Source: Acidimicrobiia bacterium
GTDB lineage: Bacteria > Actinomycetota > Acidimicrobiia > Spongiisociales > UBA4744
DNA length: 64,000 bases
NCBI GenBank assembly: GCA_029863625.1
Contig: JAOTUY010000004.1
Coordinates: forward strand, 3,517-67,516
Direction of reading: 5' to 3'
Shown: positions 10,540 through 20,824 of the stretch, in pieces
How positions within the stretch are numbered: position 1 is the stretch's first letter
How the letters are laid out: the number at the start of each line of letters is the position of its first letter
Program-made: the position numbers and the translations under genes
The notes under the pieces: model-generated
Databases searched by the model: none
What the model saw: only the letters and a program-made list of their open reading frames with translations
Told to the model about the DNA's origin: nothing

Positions 10540-10986
10540 ATGGCGGAGGGAACCGTTCAAAGCATCGAAATCCCCGCTTCACCCGACTTCATCTTTGAGG
10601 TCCTCGCTGATCTTGAGCAATATCCGCAATGGATCACCGCCATGCGGGAAGTCGAAGTCCTCGAACGTGACGGAGACGACCGGCCCCGTCGCGCCCACTT
10701 CCTGGTTGACGCCATGATCAAGGAAATCGCCTACGACCTGGACTACGAACACACGCCGCCGTTACGCATGTCGTGGACGGCCGTGCCTGGTGAGGATATC
10801 CGGCAGATGGTTGGCTCTTACGAACTCACCGAACTCGAAGGCGGTGGGACCGACGTGGTCTATGCCTTGATGGTCGAACCGGAGTTCAAGGTGCCGGGTT
10901 TCTTGCGACGCCAGGCTGAGAAGCAGCTGATCGGCACCGCCCTACGAGGACTGAAGAAGCGGGTTGAAGAGCTCTCCGCCGGCTGA
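10540..10986 (+). CDS. SRPBCC / polyketide cyclase-dehydrase (START-like) protein
   Basis: VLADLEQYPQW, GSYEL, LRGLKKRVE; AGGA RBS. Confidence 0.9.
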   Translation: MAEGTVQSIEIPASPDFIFEVLADLEQYPQWITAMREVEVLERDGDDRPRRAHFLVDAMIKEIAYDLDYEHTPPLRMSWTAVPGEDIRQMVGSYELTELEGGGTDVVYALMVEPEFKVPGFLRRQAEKQLIGTALRGLKKRVEELSAG

Positions 10987-12161
10987 TGCGGATCGTTCTG
11001 GTCACCGGTAAGGGTGGCGTCGGCAAGACCACCGTGGCTGCGGCCACCGCGCTGCGCGCAGCGGAGGCCGGCCACCGGACCCTCGTCCTCTCGACCGATC
11101 CGGCCCATAGCCTCGCGGACGCTTTCGATGTAGCGCTTGGTGACGAGCCGAGACATCTCGCGACAGATCTCTACGGCCAGCAGATCGACACGCAGAGCAG
11201 GCTGGAGGCGTATTGGGGCGAGATACGGGACCAGCTGATGGCCATCCTCGATTGGGGAGGGGTGAGGGGACTCGAAGCGGAAGAGTTCCTCGTCTTTCCC
11301 GGGATGGACGAGTTGTTCGCTCTGGTTGAGGTGCAACGCCACGCCGCCTCGGGCCTCTACGACACGCTGATCGTTGATTGCGCCCCCACCGCCGAAACCC
11401 TTCGGTTACTCAGCTTGCCCGAGGTGCTCTCGTGGTATTTCGATCGAGTCTTCCTCACCCAGAAGCGAGTCATGAAGGCCGCCCGTCCCGTGCTGAGCCG
11501 CATGACGAGTATGCCAATTCCCGGCGACGAGGTGTACGACGCGGCCGAGAATGTCTTCATGGCTATCGATCGAGCCCGCCGTTTGTTGCTCGACCCGTCG
11601 ATCACAACGGCCCGCCTGGTCGTGAACCCCGAGAAAATGGTGGTGAGCGAGGCCCGGAGAACCTACACCTACCTGTCGTTGTTTGGCTACGCCATTGACA
11701 GCGTCGTGGTCAACCGGATACTCCCCGACGACCTTTCGGACCCGTACTTCAGCCGTTGGCAGGAGATCCAGCGCGAGCACCTGGAGGACATCCAGCGGTC
11801 TTTTGCAGATGTGCCGGTCATGCGGCTGCGCTTGTTCGACGAGGAAATGACCGGCATCGACAAGCTCCGGTTATTGGGCAAGGAACTCTACGGCGACACA
11901 GACCCGGCAGTGGGTTTCGCAGGTCGTCGCCCATTTCGAGTGATCGAGCAACCGAACGAGCTGGCGCTCGAGGTCGACATGCCGTTCGTCGGCAAGGAAG
12001 AAGTCGATGTGGTGCGCGACGGGCACGAGGTGTACCTCACCGTCGGCGCCTACCGCCGGTCGTTCGTGCTGCCGGACTCGCTGCACCGTCGCGAGATCAT
12101 CGGCGCCAAACTGGAAGGCGGGGTTCTTAGAGTGAGGTTCAGCGAGCATCGGGAGAAGTAA
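10986..12161 (+). CDS. ArsA/Get3(TRC40)-family ATPase with a C-terminal HSP20-like domain
   Basis: GKGGVGKTT, STDPAHSL, FPGMDEL, DCAPTAETLRLL; C-terminal YRRSFVLP...AKLEGGVLRVRF. Confidence 0.92.
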   Translation: MRIVLVTGKGGVGKTTVAAATALRAAEAGHRTLVLSTDPAHSLADAFDVALGDEPRHLATDLYGQQIDTQSRLEAYWGEIRDQLMAILDWGGVRGLEAEEFLVFPGMDELFALVEVQRHAASGLYDTLIVDCAPTAETLRLLSLPEVLSWYFDRVFLTQKRVMKAARPVLSRMTSMPIPGDEVYDAAENVFMAIDRARRLLLDPSITTARLVVNPEKMVVSEARRTYTYLSLFGYAIDSVVVNRILPDDLSDPYFSRWQEIQREHLEDIQRSFADVPVMRLRLFDEEMTGIDKLRLLGKELYGDTDPAVGFAGRRPFRVIEQPNELALEVDMPFVGKEEVDVVRDGHEVYLTVGAYRRSFVLPDSLHRREIIGAKLEGGVLRVRFSEHREK

Positions 12162-12162
12162 C

Positions 12163-12351
12163 GTGTCCGAGATATCTTCGCTAGGGCAAGGGCTGATCCG
12201 GGGAGGCCGGCGCGTCGCATTCCACATGCTGAAAGCCGGCGTCGAAGTTCTGCGAGGCGTTGAGGGTTTCTTCGAGGAGCTGTCCTCTGCCAGCCATCCT
12301 GAGTCCCTGAAAGCTGACCAGAAGGGACCGGAGCGAATCCCGCTGGATTGA
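12163..12351 (+). CDS. Small hypothetical protein (62 aa) ending in ERIPLD
   Basis: Starts 1 nt after the ArsA stop; amphipathic helix; same slot as the small gene between the arsA-like gene and glkA in Streptomyces (from recall). Confidence 0.7.
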   Translation: MSEISSLGQGLIRGGRRVAFHMLKAGVEVLRGVEGFFEELSSASHPESLKADQKGPERIPLD

Positions 12352-12442
12352 CGGCTGCCCGGCGACACTGGATGCCCATCGCGCGCGCTCCGCTCGGCAG
12401 GTCACCTTCCCTCGGGAAGACTCCTAGCTACTCTGATCGGCT

Positions 12443-13372
12443 GTGAAGACCATTGGTATAGACCTGGGTGGAACCAAGATGTCGGCGGGACTCATTGAGG
12501 GACCGGGCACCGTGCGGGAGAAGGTCACCTTGACCCGGCCCGTCGATCAGGCCGGGATGGAAAAGGATCCGCTCAAACTAGCCGCCAGGTTGATGGGTCC
12601 CGACGTTGCCGCCATCGGCCTGGGCGCGGCCGGGTTGGTGAGCTGGCCGGACGGGACGCTGGTCTGGGGGCCCAACGTGGTCGGTCGAGACATTCCCTTC
12701 AAAGACCTCCTCGAATCTCGTTTCGGTCTCCCTACAGTGGTCGACAACGATGCCAACCTGGCTGCATTGGCCGAGGCACGGGTCGGAGCGGCGCGAGGTC
12801 GTCAACATGTCCTGCTGGTCACCCTGGGCACCGGTATCGGCGGAGGTAACGTGATCGACGGCAAGATCTATCGGGGACGTTCGTTCGCGGGAGAGGTCGG
12901 GCATATGGTGGTCGACGTCGGTGGTCCTCGATGTACATGCGGGCAGCGCGGGTGCTGGGAGACCTTTGCGTCCGGGCGCCGGCTCGATCAAATAGCCCGT
13001 GACGTTGCGGCAGCCGATCCAGCCGGCCGCACCGCAAGTTTGGCCGGCAGTGGCCCTGCCGCCGGGATTCACCTGACGGAAGCAGCCATCCAGGGCGACC
13101 CACCGGCCGCTCAGGCGGTAGGAGAAATGGGGATTTGGCTCGGAATCGGTCTCGCCAGTCTGGTTGCCTTGCTCGATCCTGAGGTGATCGTGGTCGGTGG
13201 TGGTGCAGCCCGGGTGGGTGACATCTTGCTCGACCCGGCTCGTCAATCGATGATGTCGACCCTGGAAGGATCGGCGTTTCGGGAGCCGACGCCCCTCGTA
13301 GCCGCAGGCCTCGGCGAAGACGCCGGGATCGTCGGGGCGGGGTTGGTTGCCGCGGAGTTGGCTCGTGGGTGA
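12443..13372 (+). CDS. glk: ROK-family glucokinase
   Basis: IGIDLGGTK, DNDANLAALAE, TLGTGIGGG, EVGHM..CTCGQRGCWE. Confidence 0.85.
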   Translation: MKTIGIDLGGTKMSAGLIEGPGTVREKVTLTRPVDQAGMEKDPLKLAARLMGPDVAAIGLGAAGLVSWPDGTLVWGPNVVGRDIPFKDLLESRFGLPTVVDNDANLAALAEARVGAARGRQHVLLVTLGTGIGGGNVIDGKIYRGRSFAGEVGHMVVDVGGPRCTCGQRGCWETFASGRRLDQIARDVAAADPAGRTASLAGSGPAAGIHLTEAAIQGDPPAAQAVGEMGIWLGIGLASLVALLDPEVIVVGGGAARVGDILLDPARQSMMSTLEGSAFREPTPLVAAGLGEDAGIVGAGLVAAELARG

Positions 13373-13790
13373 ACCGTTGCGCCCCGATGCCATCATCGGA
13401 CCGGAAGGACATCGTTGGCCGGATACCCGCAGCCGGGTGAAGGAAGCGGCACTGGCCCTTCCCAACCTGGTCAAGCTGCTCGGACGATTGATACGTGACC
13501 CGCGGGTACCCGTCCGGAGCAAGGCGCTGGCCGGGGCCGCCCTCGCGTACGTCGCCTCGCCCATAGACCTGGTGCCGGATCTGATTCCCGTGTTGGGGCG
13601 CTCGGATGACCTCTTCGTGGCCATCTTTGCCGTCCATCACCTGATCCGGACCGCGGGCGAGGACGTGGTGGTTGAGCATTGGGATGGGGCCCTCGACGTG
13701 CTCGAAATCGTCAACAGCCTGATTGACGTAGCCGTCAGGTTCGTTCCCGTCCGTGTGCGGTGGACGCTCAACCGGCTGCTGGGACGATGA
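13365..13790 (+). CDS. YkvA/DUF1232 family protein
   Basis: DPRVP..K...ALAYVASPIDLVPDLIPVLGRSDD. Confidence 0.88.
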   Translation: MGEPLRPDAIIGPEGHRWPDTRSRVKEAALALPNLVKLLGRLIRDPRVPVRSKALAGAALAYVASPIDLVPDLIPVLGRSDDLFVAIFAVHHLIRTAGEDVVVEHWDGALDVLEIVNSLIDVAVRFVPVRVRWTLNRLLGR

Positions 13791-14617
13791 CCACCAGATA
13801 CTCGGTTACATTGCCCCAGTTCCGCAACGAAGCGGACCCCATGCTCGACGCCGCCCGGCGGGCGGAAGCTCTCGGTTTCGACGGGGTCTATGTGTTTGAC
13901 CATCTCTTCCCGCTGGGGAGCCCCGACCGGCCCATCTTCGAAGGTTTTGTGGCGCTCGGGGCGGTGGCGGCGGCGACGAGCAAGATCACTATTGGAACGC
14001 TGGTGGTCCGCGCACCCATTCGACCGGCGTGGACTACCGCCAAGGCGGCCTGGTCTGCTCAAGCCATCAGCGGGGGGCGTTTGACCCTGGGACTCGGTGC
14101 TGCTGATTCGATGTCCAAACCCGAGTTCGAGGCATACGGCCTTCCCTTCGGGAGCGCGACGGAACGGATCGGCATGGTCCGTGACACCATCACCGCGCTT
14201 CACGCACCTGAGTTGCAGTTGCCGGAGGTTGCGGTTCCCAAAACCTGGATCGGGGGACGTTCGGCGGCGGTCCGGACGGTGGCTGCCGAAATCGCCGACG
14301 GATGGAATGCCTGGGGAGGCAATGCCGATCGGCTGGCCGTCGAGAGCTTCGAGATCCGTGAGCAAGCCGGCCGACCGTTTGAGGTGAGCTGGGGAGGGCA
14401 GGTCTTGCTGGCGCCCGACGAGAGGCAACTGGCGGAGCGACTGGTGCAACGAGAGGATGCCGACCGCCTCGTGGCCGGAACCCCCGACCGCGTGGCGGAA
14501 CAACTGCGGGCGTTCGTGACCGCCGGAGCCGACGAGCTGGTGCTCTCGCTGCTGTCGTCGCCGGGCTGGGATTCCTGGGACATCTTCGTCGAGGAGGTTC
14601 GCCCCCTACTGAGGTGA
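13787..14617 (+). CDS. LLM-class flavin (possibly F420)-dependent oxidoreductase
   Basis: AEALGFDGVYVFDH, IGTLV, SGGRLTLGLGA, WIGG, ADGWN. Confidence 0.88.
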   Translation: MTTRYSVTLPQFRNEADPMLDAARRAEALGFDGVYVFDHLFPLGSPDRPIFEGFVALGAVAAATSKITIGTLVVRAPIRPAWTTAKAAWSAQAISGGRLTLGLGAADSMSKPEFEAYGLPFGSATERIGMVRDTITALHAPELQLPEVAVPKTWIGGRSAAVRTVAAEIADGWNAWGGNADRLAVESFEIREQAGRPFEVSWGGQVLLAPDERQLAERLVQREDADRLVAGTPDRVAEQLRAFVTAGADELVLSLLSSPGWDSWDIFVEEVRPLLR

Positions 14618-14644
14618 GACGAGACGGCGCACCTCATGCTGAGC

Positions 14645-14672
14645 AAGAACCAAGAACTGAGAACTAAGAACT
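14645..14672 (-). repeat. Degenerate heptamer tandem repeat (RGTTCTY on minus strand)
   Basis: AAGAACC AAGAACT GAGAACT AAGAACT, overlapping the DUF1801 stop codon. Confidence 0.75.
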
Positions 14673-15023
14673 ATTCCGCATCTGGCACCAGGCTTGAATG
14701 ACCCCTTCCAGGTCGGCCCGTCCGGCTTCGACATCGGCGAGATCGGCAAACCTCATAACACGGGCCGTGTCGCCCTCTCCGGTCAGCCTTGGATGGTCTC
14801 CGGGAATCTCGGCGCCTCGATGGAAGAGGAGGCTGATCAGTCTCTTGGCCGGGTTGAAACTGGCGATGTTGCCTTTGTACATGAAGGTCGGTGTCGACCA
14901 CTTGATCGTCTCTTCGACCCGCGAGTCTGCGCCGAGAACGATCTCTCGGACTCTGAGCATCGCTTCGGCCAGGGGCGGTTGTTTCCGGGCGAACCAGGCA
15001 TCGACTTCCGGGTTGATATTCAC
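14664..15023 (-). CDS. DUF1801 (YdhG-like) protein
   Basis: [34 protein letters not shown]. Confidence 0.85.
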   Translation of the reverse strand: MNINPEVDAWFARKQPPLAEAMLRVREIVLGADSRVEETIKWSTPTFMYKGNIASFNPAKRLISLLFHRGAEIPGDHPRLTGEGDTARVMRFADLADVEAGRADLEGVIQAWCQMRNSS

Positions 15024-15124
15024 TCCTGTTCCTTTCGCATCGCCGGCTTTTTCGCCACCCTATTCGAGATTCCCCGACCGATCCGGTCGAGTTGTTACCC
15101 TTGGCTGGCTCGGGAGGTCAACAC

Positions 15125-16297
15125 GTGCAATTTCGCCGAATCGAGAATCTGCCGCCGTACGTTTTTGCGACCGTCAACGAACTGAAACTGCAGGCTCGCC
15201 GTGCGGGAGAAGACATCATCGACCTGGGGTTTGGCAACCCGGATATTCCCACCCGGCCGGAGGTCGTCGAGAAGCTTGTTGAAGCAGCTCGCAATCCTCG
15301 CAACCACCGCTATTCCGCCTCGCGCGGTATTCCCAATCTACGCAAGGCGGTGGCCGATCGCTATCAGCGTCGTTTCGGGGTGGACCTCGATCCCAACACC
15401 GAGGTGATCACCACCATTGGCGCCAAGGAAGGGCTCTCCCATCTGATGTGGGCACTCGTGCAGCCGGGCGACGTTGCGCTGGTCCCGGAACCGAGCTACC
15501 CGATTCACATCTACGCACCGGTTCTGGCCGGAGCCGAGGTCAACCGGGTGCCGCTCTCGCTCGACGACGATTTCTTCGAGCGGCTGCAAACCAGTTTTCA
15601 AGAGACGTGGCCGCGCCCGCGGGTAATTCTCACCTCGTTTCCGCACAATCCGACGACGGCCTGCGTTGATCTCTCCTTTTTCCAGCGGTTGGTTGACTTC
15701 GCCCGTGAGCACGAGATCATGCTCATCCACGACTTTGCGTACGCCGACCTCGGCTTTGATGGATACAAACCGCCCAGTTTGCTCGAAGTCCCGGGAGCCA
15801 AGGAGGTGGGCGTTGAGCTGTACACACTCACCAAAGGTCATTCGATGGCCGGGTGGCGGGTTGGTTTCGTAGTGGGTAACAGGGAGATGGTGGCCGCTTT
15901 GGCCAAGCTGAAGTCCTACCTGGACTACGGCACGTTTCAACCCATTCAAATCGCTTCCATCATCGCCCTCAACGAGGGCGACGCGTACGTCGGTGAGGTG
16001 AATGCGATCTACCGCCGCCGTCGCGACACGCTCGTGGACGGACTCGCTCGGGCCGGTTGGAAGTTCGAAAAGCCGCGCGGCACGATGTTCGCGTGGGCAC
16101 CGATCCCGGCAGCCTACGCCGAGATGGGATCGCTCGACTTCACGATCATGTTGCTGAAAGAAGCCAAGGTGGCGGTGAGTCCCGGAATGGGATTCGGGCC
16201 GCACGGAGAAGGGTTCGTGCGATTCGCGCTGGTCGAGAATGAACATCGCATCGGTCAAGCCGTACGGGGCATCCGCACCGCGTTGGAGAAACTGTAA
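15125..16297 (+). CDS. PLP-dependent class I aminotransferase, AlaC/YfdZ-like
   Basis: [65 protein letters not shown]. Confidence 0.88.
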   Translation: MQFRRIENLPPYVFATVNELKLQARRAGEDIIDLGFGNPDIPTRPEVVEKLVEAARNPRNHRYSASRGIPNLRKAVADRYQRRFGVDLDPNTEVITTIGAKEGLSHLMWALVQPGDVALVPEPSYPIHIYAPVLAGAEVNRVPLSLDDDFFERLQTSFQETWPRPRVILTSFPHNPTTACVDLSFFQRLVDFAREHEIMLIHDFAYADLGFDGYKPPSLLEVPGAKEVGVELYTLTKGHSMAGWRVGFVVGNREMVAALAKLKSYLDYGTFQPIQIASIIALNEGDAYVGEVNAIYRRRRDTLVDGLARAGWKFEKPRGTMFAWAPIPAAYAEMGSLDFTIMLLKEAKVAVSPGMGFGPHGEGFVRFALVENEHRIGQAVRGIRTALEKL

Positions 16298-16300
16298 AGC

Positions 16301-16390
16301 AGTTGTTAGTTCTTGTTGCCAAGTTCTCGAGCAGGTTCCTCGGTTTCCTGTCTGCCGGAACCAAAAACCAAAGACCAAGACCCAAAGAAA
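16301..16390. repeat. Opposed heptamer-repeat tracts between convergent genes
   Basis: AGTTGTT AGTTCTT...AGTTCTC...GGTTCCT facing GGAACC AAAAACC AAAGACC AAGACCC. Confidence 0.6.
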
Positions 16391-16399
16391 CTCCCGTAG

Positions 16400-18535
16400 C
16401 TAACTGCCCAGTCTCTTACCGAGCGGGAGGTAGGCCTCTTCGGTGTACTGCTTCACCATCCGGTTGGTGCTGAAGCCCACCAGCGATGAGATCATCGACT
16501 CCTTCATCATTTCTACCCAGGCGCCCGGCGTGCCCGATTCGTCGCGTTCGTAGAATCGGGGCACCACCTCATCCTGCAGAATCCTGTACAGAGCCAGAGC
16601 GTCCTCGTTGTCCTGAGCCTGGTGGTCGCCGTTGCCCCACTCCAGACCGAACGCCCATCCGTTTTTGCCGTTGAAACCCTCAGCCCACCAGCCGTCGAGG
16701 ACCGATAGGTTCAAGCCGCCGTTCATGGCCGCTTTCATGCCCGATGTGCCGGAGGCCTCCTGGGGTGGGCGGGGATTGTTGAGCCAGACGTCGACCCCCT
16801 GAGTGAGGAACCGGCCCATCCGAATGTCGTAGTCCTCGAGGAAGTAGATGTGCCCGGTGAGTTCGGGGCTCTTCGACAACTCGACGATGCGACGGATGAA
16901 CTCCTGACCCATCTTGTCGGCCGGGTGGGCCTTGCCCGCGAAAACCACCTGGGCGGGCCGTTCGGGATTGGTGAGTACGGCTTGCAGCCACGGGATGTTG
17001 TGAAACATCAGAAGTGCCCGTTTGTAGGTAGCGAAGCGGCGCGCAAAACCGATGGTCAATCGATCCGGCGGTAGGAGCGTGTCGATCGAGCGCAGCTCGT
17101 CGGGCGATGCCCCGTGGCGAGCGAACTGGCGTCGCATGCGACCACGACTGAAACGGGTCAATAACTGCTTGCGTGCCAGGTGATCCTCCCAGATCCGTGT
17201 ATCGGGGACCTCACGCAGCTTCTCGGCAACGGTCGGGTCCTCGATGAGCTGGTCGAGCCAGTCGGCGCCGATGACCTCAGTGAGCAATCGCTTGTTTCCC
17301 CGGCTGACCCACGAAGGCGTATGTACGCCGTTGGTGATGCCGTGCACCACGTCACCGCCGAGCAGATGACCCCAATCGTTGTTGGCGACTGAGGCATGGC
17401 GTTGACTGACACCGTTGACGAAGGAGGAGAGCCTGATAGCGAGGGCACCCAGGTCGAAATGTCCGTTCTCTCCGTCTCGTGAACTGCCCATGTGGGAGAG
17501 ATAGGCCATGTCGGTCCCAACTCGGTGGGGCCACTCGCTCAGGTACTTTTCGACCAGCGGCATCTCGAAGACTTCGTTCCCAGCCGGAACCGGCGTATGC
17601 AAGGTGAACAGGGTGTTGGCTTTCACCGTCTTCTCAGCATCCTCGAGTGATGTGCCCGACTTCACTTCGTCGGCCAGGCGCTCGAGCAGGCTCATTGCGG
17701 CATGGCCTTCATTGACGTGCCACGTGGCCGGCTTGATTCCGAGCGCCTTGAAGGCGCGGACGGCGCCGACCCCCAAAATGTATTCCTGGGCGAATCGCAT
17801 CTCCCGCCCCCGCACATACAGCATGTGCGTGATCGGACGGTCGGCGTCGGCGTTGTCGGGAATGTCGGTATCGAGGAGCAGAATGGGCACCCGGCCGGCC
17901 TGCATTATCCAAACGGCCGCCAGGACGGTCCGTCCCGGAAACTCGATCTCAACTTTTAGCTGTCCGCCTCGCCCCGCGACGGGGAGGACCGGCATCCTCC
18001 ATGTATCGACAACCGGGTACATATGTTGCTGGTCGCCCGACGCTTCGATTTCTTGGCGGAAGTAGCCGCGCCGGTAGAGCAATCCAACGGCTACGAACGG
18101 CACCCCGAGGTCGGACGCCGACTTGGTGTGATCGCCGGCCAGCACCCCGAGTCCGCCTGAGTAGATCGGCATCGAGCTGTGAACCCCGTGCTCGGCGCAC
18201 AGGTATGCCACCGGGCCGCCGATGGCGTCGCTGTGATGACGATCCCACCACGTGTCCTTTCTCTCCATGTACTCGTCGAACCGTCGGACGGTGTCGGCGT
18301 ACTGATCTTGGAACACTTCGCTATCTTCGAGCGACTTCCAGGTGGTCGGGTCAACCACCGACAGCATCTCGACCGGATTGCGGTACTGGGTCCACCGCTC
18401 GGGGCTGATCGACCGCCAGATTTGGTTCATAGCGTCCCACGACCACCAGAGGTTGTATGCAATGTCGTACAACCGCGAGAACATCTGGGGAACACGGAGC
18501 TCGGCCCCGGGGAGAGATGGAATATCTACGCGCAT
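16400..18535 (-). CDS. glgP: Alpha-glucan (glycogen) phosphorylase
   Basis: [47 protein letters not shown]. Confidence 0.95.
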   Translation of the reverse strand: MRVDIPSLPGAELRVPQMFSRLYDIAYNLWWSWDAMNQIWRSISPERWTQYRNPVEMLSVVDPTTWKSLEDSEVFQDQYADTVRRFDEYMERKDTWWDRHHSDAIGGPVAYLCAEHGVHSSMPIYSGGLGVLAGDHTKSASDLGVPFVAVGLLYRRGYFRQEIEASGDQQHMYPVVDTWRMPVLPVAGRGGQLKVEIEFPGRTVLAAVWIMQAGRVPILLLDTDIPDNADADRPITHMLYVRGREMRFAQEYILGVGAVRAFKALGIKPATWHVNEGHAAMSLLERLADEVKSGTSLEDAEKTVKANTLFTLHTPVPAGNEVFEMPLVEKYLSEWPHRVGTDMAYLSHMGSSRDGENGHFDLGALAIRLSSFVNGVSQRHASVANNDWGHLLGGDVVHGITNGVHTPSWVSRGNKRLLTEVIGADWLDQLIEDPTVAEKLREVPDTRIWEDHLARKQLLTRFSRGRMRRQFARHGASPDELRSIDTLLPPDRLTIGFARRFATYKRALLMFHNIPWLQAVLTNPERPAQVVFAGKAHPADKMGQEFIRRIVELSKSPELTGHIYFLEDYDIRMGRFLTQGVDVWLNNPRPPQEASGTSGMKAAMNGGLNLSVLDGWWAEGFNGKNGWAFGLEWGNGDHQAQDNEDALALYRILQDEVVPRFYERDESGTPGAWVEMMKESMISSLVGFSTNRMVKQYTEEAYLPLGKRLGS

Positions 18536-18683
18536 GAAAGAGGTGATCCTTATCGAGGCGAAGGCCGCGAGATTACCTCTTTGTGGGCATATGAGCGACC
18601 CTGGGAGTCCAGGGTCGCTCTCATCGAGGTCCTCGGGGCGAGTGAGTACCCTACCCGGGACGCCGACCAGGAGTAGTTCGACG

Positions 18684-19724
18684 ATGGCCTTCATAGATGG
18701 GATCGCCGATTTCCGATCCGATACCGTTACCCGACCCACGCCCGAGATGCGGAGGGCCATGGCGGAGGCCGAGGTCGGAGACGACGTTTACGGCGAAGAT
18801 CCAACGGTCAACGCTTTGGAGGAAGAGTCGGCGGCGGCGGTCGGCAAGCCCGCGGCCGTTTTTGTGCCTACCGGGAGTATGGGTAATCAGCTGGCCATCG
18901 GAACCCTGACTCGCCCCGGAGATGAGGTGCTCTGCGTAGAGGCGGCCCACGTTCGCAACTACGAAGTAGCGGCCGCCGCCGCGGTATCGGGGGTGCAATT
19001 CCGCACGCTCCCCGGACCGGGCGGTCAGATGACGGCTACCGAAGTTGGGACGGCCATTGACCAGTCGCACCATCACATGCCCCGCATCACGATGCTGGTG
19101 TGGGAGAACACCCACAACGTCTCCGGAGGTACCGTAGTGCCGTACGAGATGATGGTCGCCAGCACGGCGGTGGCTCGCCTGGGCGGGCTGTCCGTGCATA
19201 TCGACGGCGCGCGTATCTTCAACGCCGTGGCCGCGACCGGGATATCCGCCGAAGATTTTGCAGCCGTCGCCGACACCATCCAATTCTGTTTTTCAAAGGG
19301 GCTCGGTGCCCCGGTTGGTTCCATTCTGTGCGGCTCGAAGGAAGTGATTGACGAGGCGCGGTACATGCGCAAGCGATTGGGCGGGGGCATGCGACAGGTT
19401 GGTGTCGTTGCGGCACCGGCTCGCGTCGCGCTGCGGGATCGCGATCGGGTTGCCGAGGACCACAAGGTTGCTCGCCGATTGGCCGACGGTATCGGCGACC
19501 GCTACCCGGAGGCGGTTGATCTGGCCCGGGTCGAAACGAATATGGTGGTTGTGGATGCCAGAGCGTTTCCGTTTCCGGTTGCCGAGCTGGTCGATCGCCT
19601 CAACAAGCAGGGCGTCATCATCGGGACGCTCGGGCCTCACTTGATCCGTTTGGTGACCCATCGCGATGTGAACGAGAGCGACGTCGAACGGTTGCTGGCT
19701 GTGATCGACGAGATGAGACGGTAG
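18684..19724 (+). CDS. ltaE: Low-specificity L-threonine aldolase
   Basis: [53 protein letters not shown]. Confidence 0.92.
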   Translation: MAFIDGIADFRSDTVTRPTPEMRRAMAEAEVGDDVYGEDPTVNALEEESAAAVGKPAAVFVPTGSMGNQLAIGTLTRPGDEVLCVEAAHVRNYEVAAAAAVSGVQFRTLPGPGGQMTATEVGTAIDQSHHHMPRITMLVWENTHNVSGGTVVPYEMMVASTAVARLGGLSVHIDGARIFNAVAATGISAEDFAAVADTIQFCFSKGLGAPVGSILCGSKEVIDEARYMRKRLGGGMRQVGVVAAPARVALRDRDRVAEDHKVARRLADGIGDRYPEAVDLARVETNMVVVDARAFPFPVAELVDRLNKQGVIIGTLGPHLIRLVTHRDVNESDVERLLAVIDEMRR

Positions 19725-19881
19725 TGGCTCGGGACACTCCGGGGGCCGCTCGCCGAGAGGACAAGGACTTCGTTCGCCCCTTCGATTCGAGCAACCGTAC
19801 CGGGGGTGCACAGGACCACGTGCTCAATACCGGCGAAGCGTTCTTCGTAACCACTCCAGACTCTTTCTAGTCTCAACCCCG

Positions 19882-20820
19882 ATGCGTTTCGCAGTGCTGT
19901 TTCCAGGGCAGGGGAGCCAGCAGGTCGGGATGGGAGCCGAGCTCTTCGAAGCTCGTCCTGATCTGTTGGGTTCGGCGGCCGACGACCTCTTGGGGTGGTC
20001 GCTGCGCAGCGTATGCCTCGAGGGACCTCAGTCGGAGCTGACCCGGACTGATCGCGCCCAACCGGCGCTTTTCGCTGTTGCCTACGCCCTCTGGGACGAG
20101 TTCGCTCGACTGCTGGGCGAGGCCCGGCCGTCCGCGGCTGCAGGCCATTCGCTCGGCGAGTACACGGCGCTGGCCGCGGCCGGCGTTGTTGACTACTTCA
20201 CCGGGCTACGGGTCGTAGCCGAACGGGGGCGTGCCATGGCCGATGCCGCCGCCCGCCGGCCGTCGGGGATGGCCGCCTTGCTGGGCTGCGATCTGGAGAC
20301 GGCTGAAATGATCGCTCGGGTCCGGCGCGACGACGGAGGGTCCTTGTGGGTGGCCAATGTCAACGCTCCCGGCCAGATGGTCCTGGCGGGGGCGGAAGAA
20401 GATCTCGAGTGGCTCGTGACCCATGGCAGCGAGTTGGGAGCCCGTCGGGTTACCCGGTTGAATGTGGCCGGCGCCTTCCATTCTCCGCTGATGGCATCCG
20501 CCACCGATGAACTCAGAGAATCCCTCCATACAGTGGCAGCTGCGCTACCGTCGTTTCCAGTGTGGGCGAACGTGACCGCTCGCCCCTCTATGGTTTCTGA
20601 GGTGCGCGACCTCCTGGCCCGCCAGGTGGAGTCGCCGGTTCGGTTTTCCGACAGCCTCGAAGACATGGCGGCGACGGTCGATGCTTTTGTCCATGTAGGG
20701 CCAGGCGACGTGACGGCGGCGCTGGCTCGGCGCTCAACGTCGGGTCGGGAGGTGCTGGTCGTCAATGACTTGAGTTCGGCGGCTGTGGTCGCCGAATACC
20801 TTCAACAGGAAATCGGATGA
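19882..20820 (+). CDS. fabD: Malonyl-CoA:ACP transacylase
   Basis: FPGQGSQ, GHSLGEY, GAFHS. Confidence 0.95.
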   Translation: MRFAVLFPGQGSQQVGMGAELFEARPDLLGSAADDLLGWSLRSVCLEGPQSELTRTDRAQPALFAVAYALWDEFARLLGEARPSAAAGHSLGEYTALAAAGVVDYFTGLRVVAERGRAMADAAARRPSGMAALLGCDLETAEMIARVRRDDGGSLWVANVNAPGQMVLAGAEEDLEWLVTHGSELGARRVTRLNVAGAFHSPLMASATDELRESLHTVAAALPSFPVWANVTARPSMVSEVRDLLARQVESPVRFSDSLEDMAATVDAFVHVGPGDVTAALARRSTSGREVLVVNDLSSAAVVAEYLQQEIG

Positions 20821-20824
20821 GGGA

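Noticed and set aside
10986-12161. ArsA as an arsenic-resistance determinant
   Set aside because: Single ATPase domain, no metalloid-binding Cys set, and no arsB/acr3/arsC/arsR nearby
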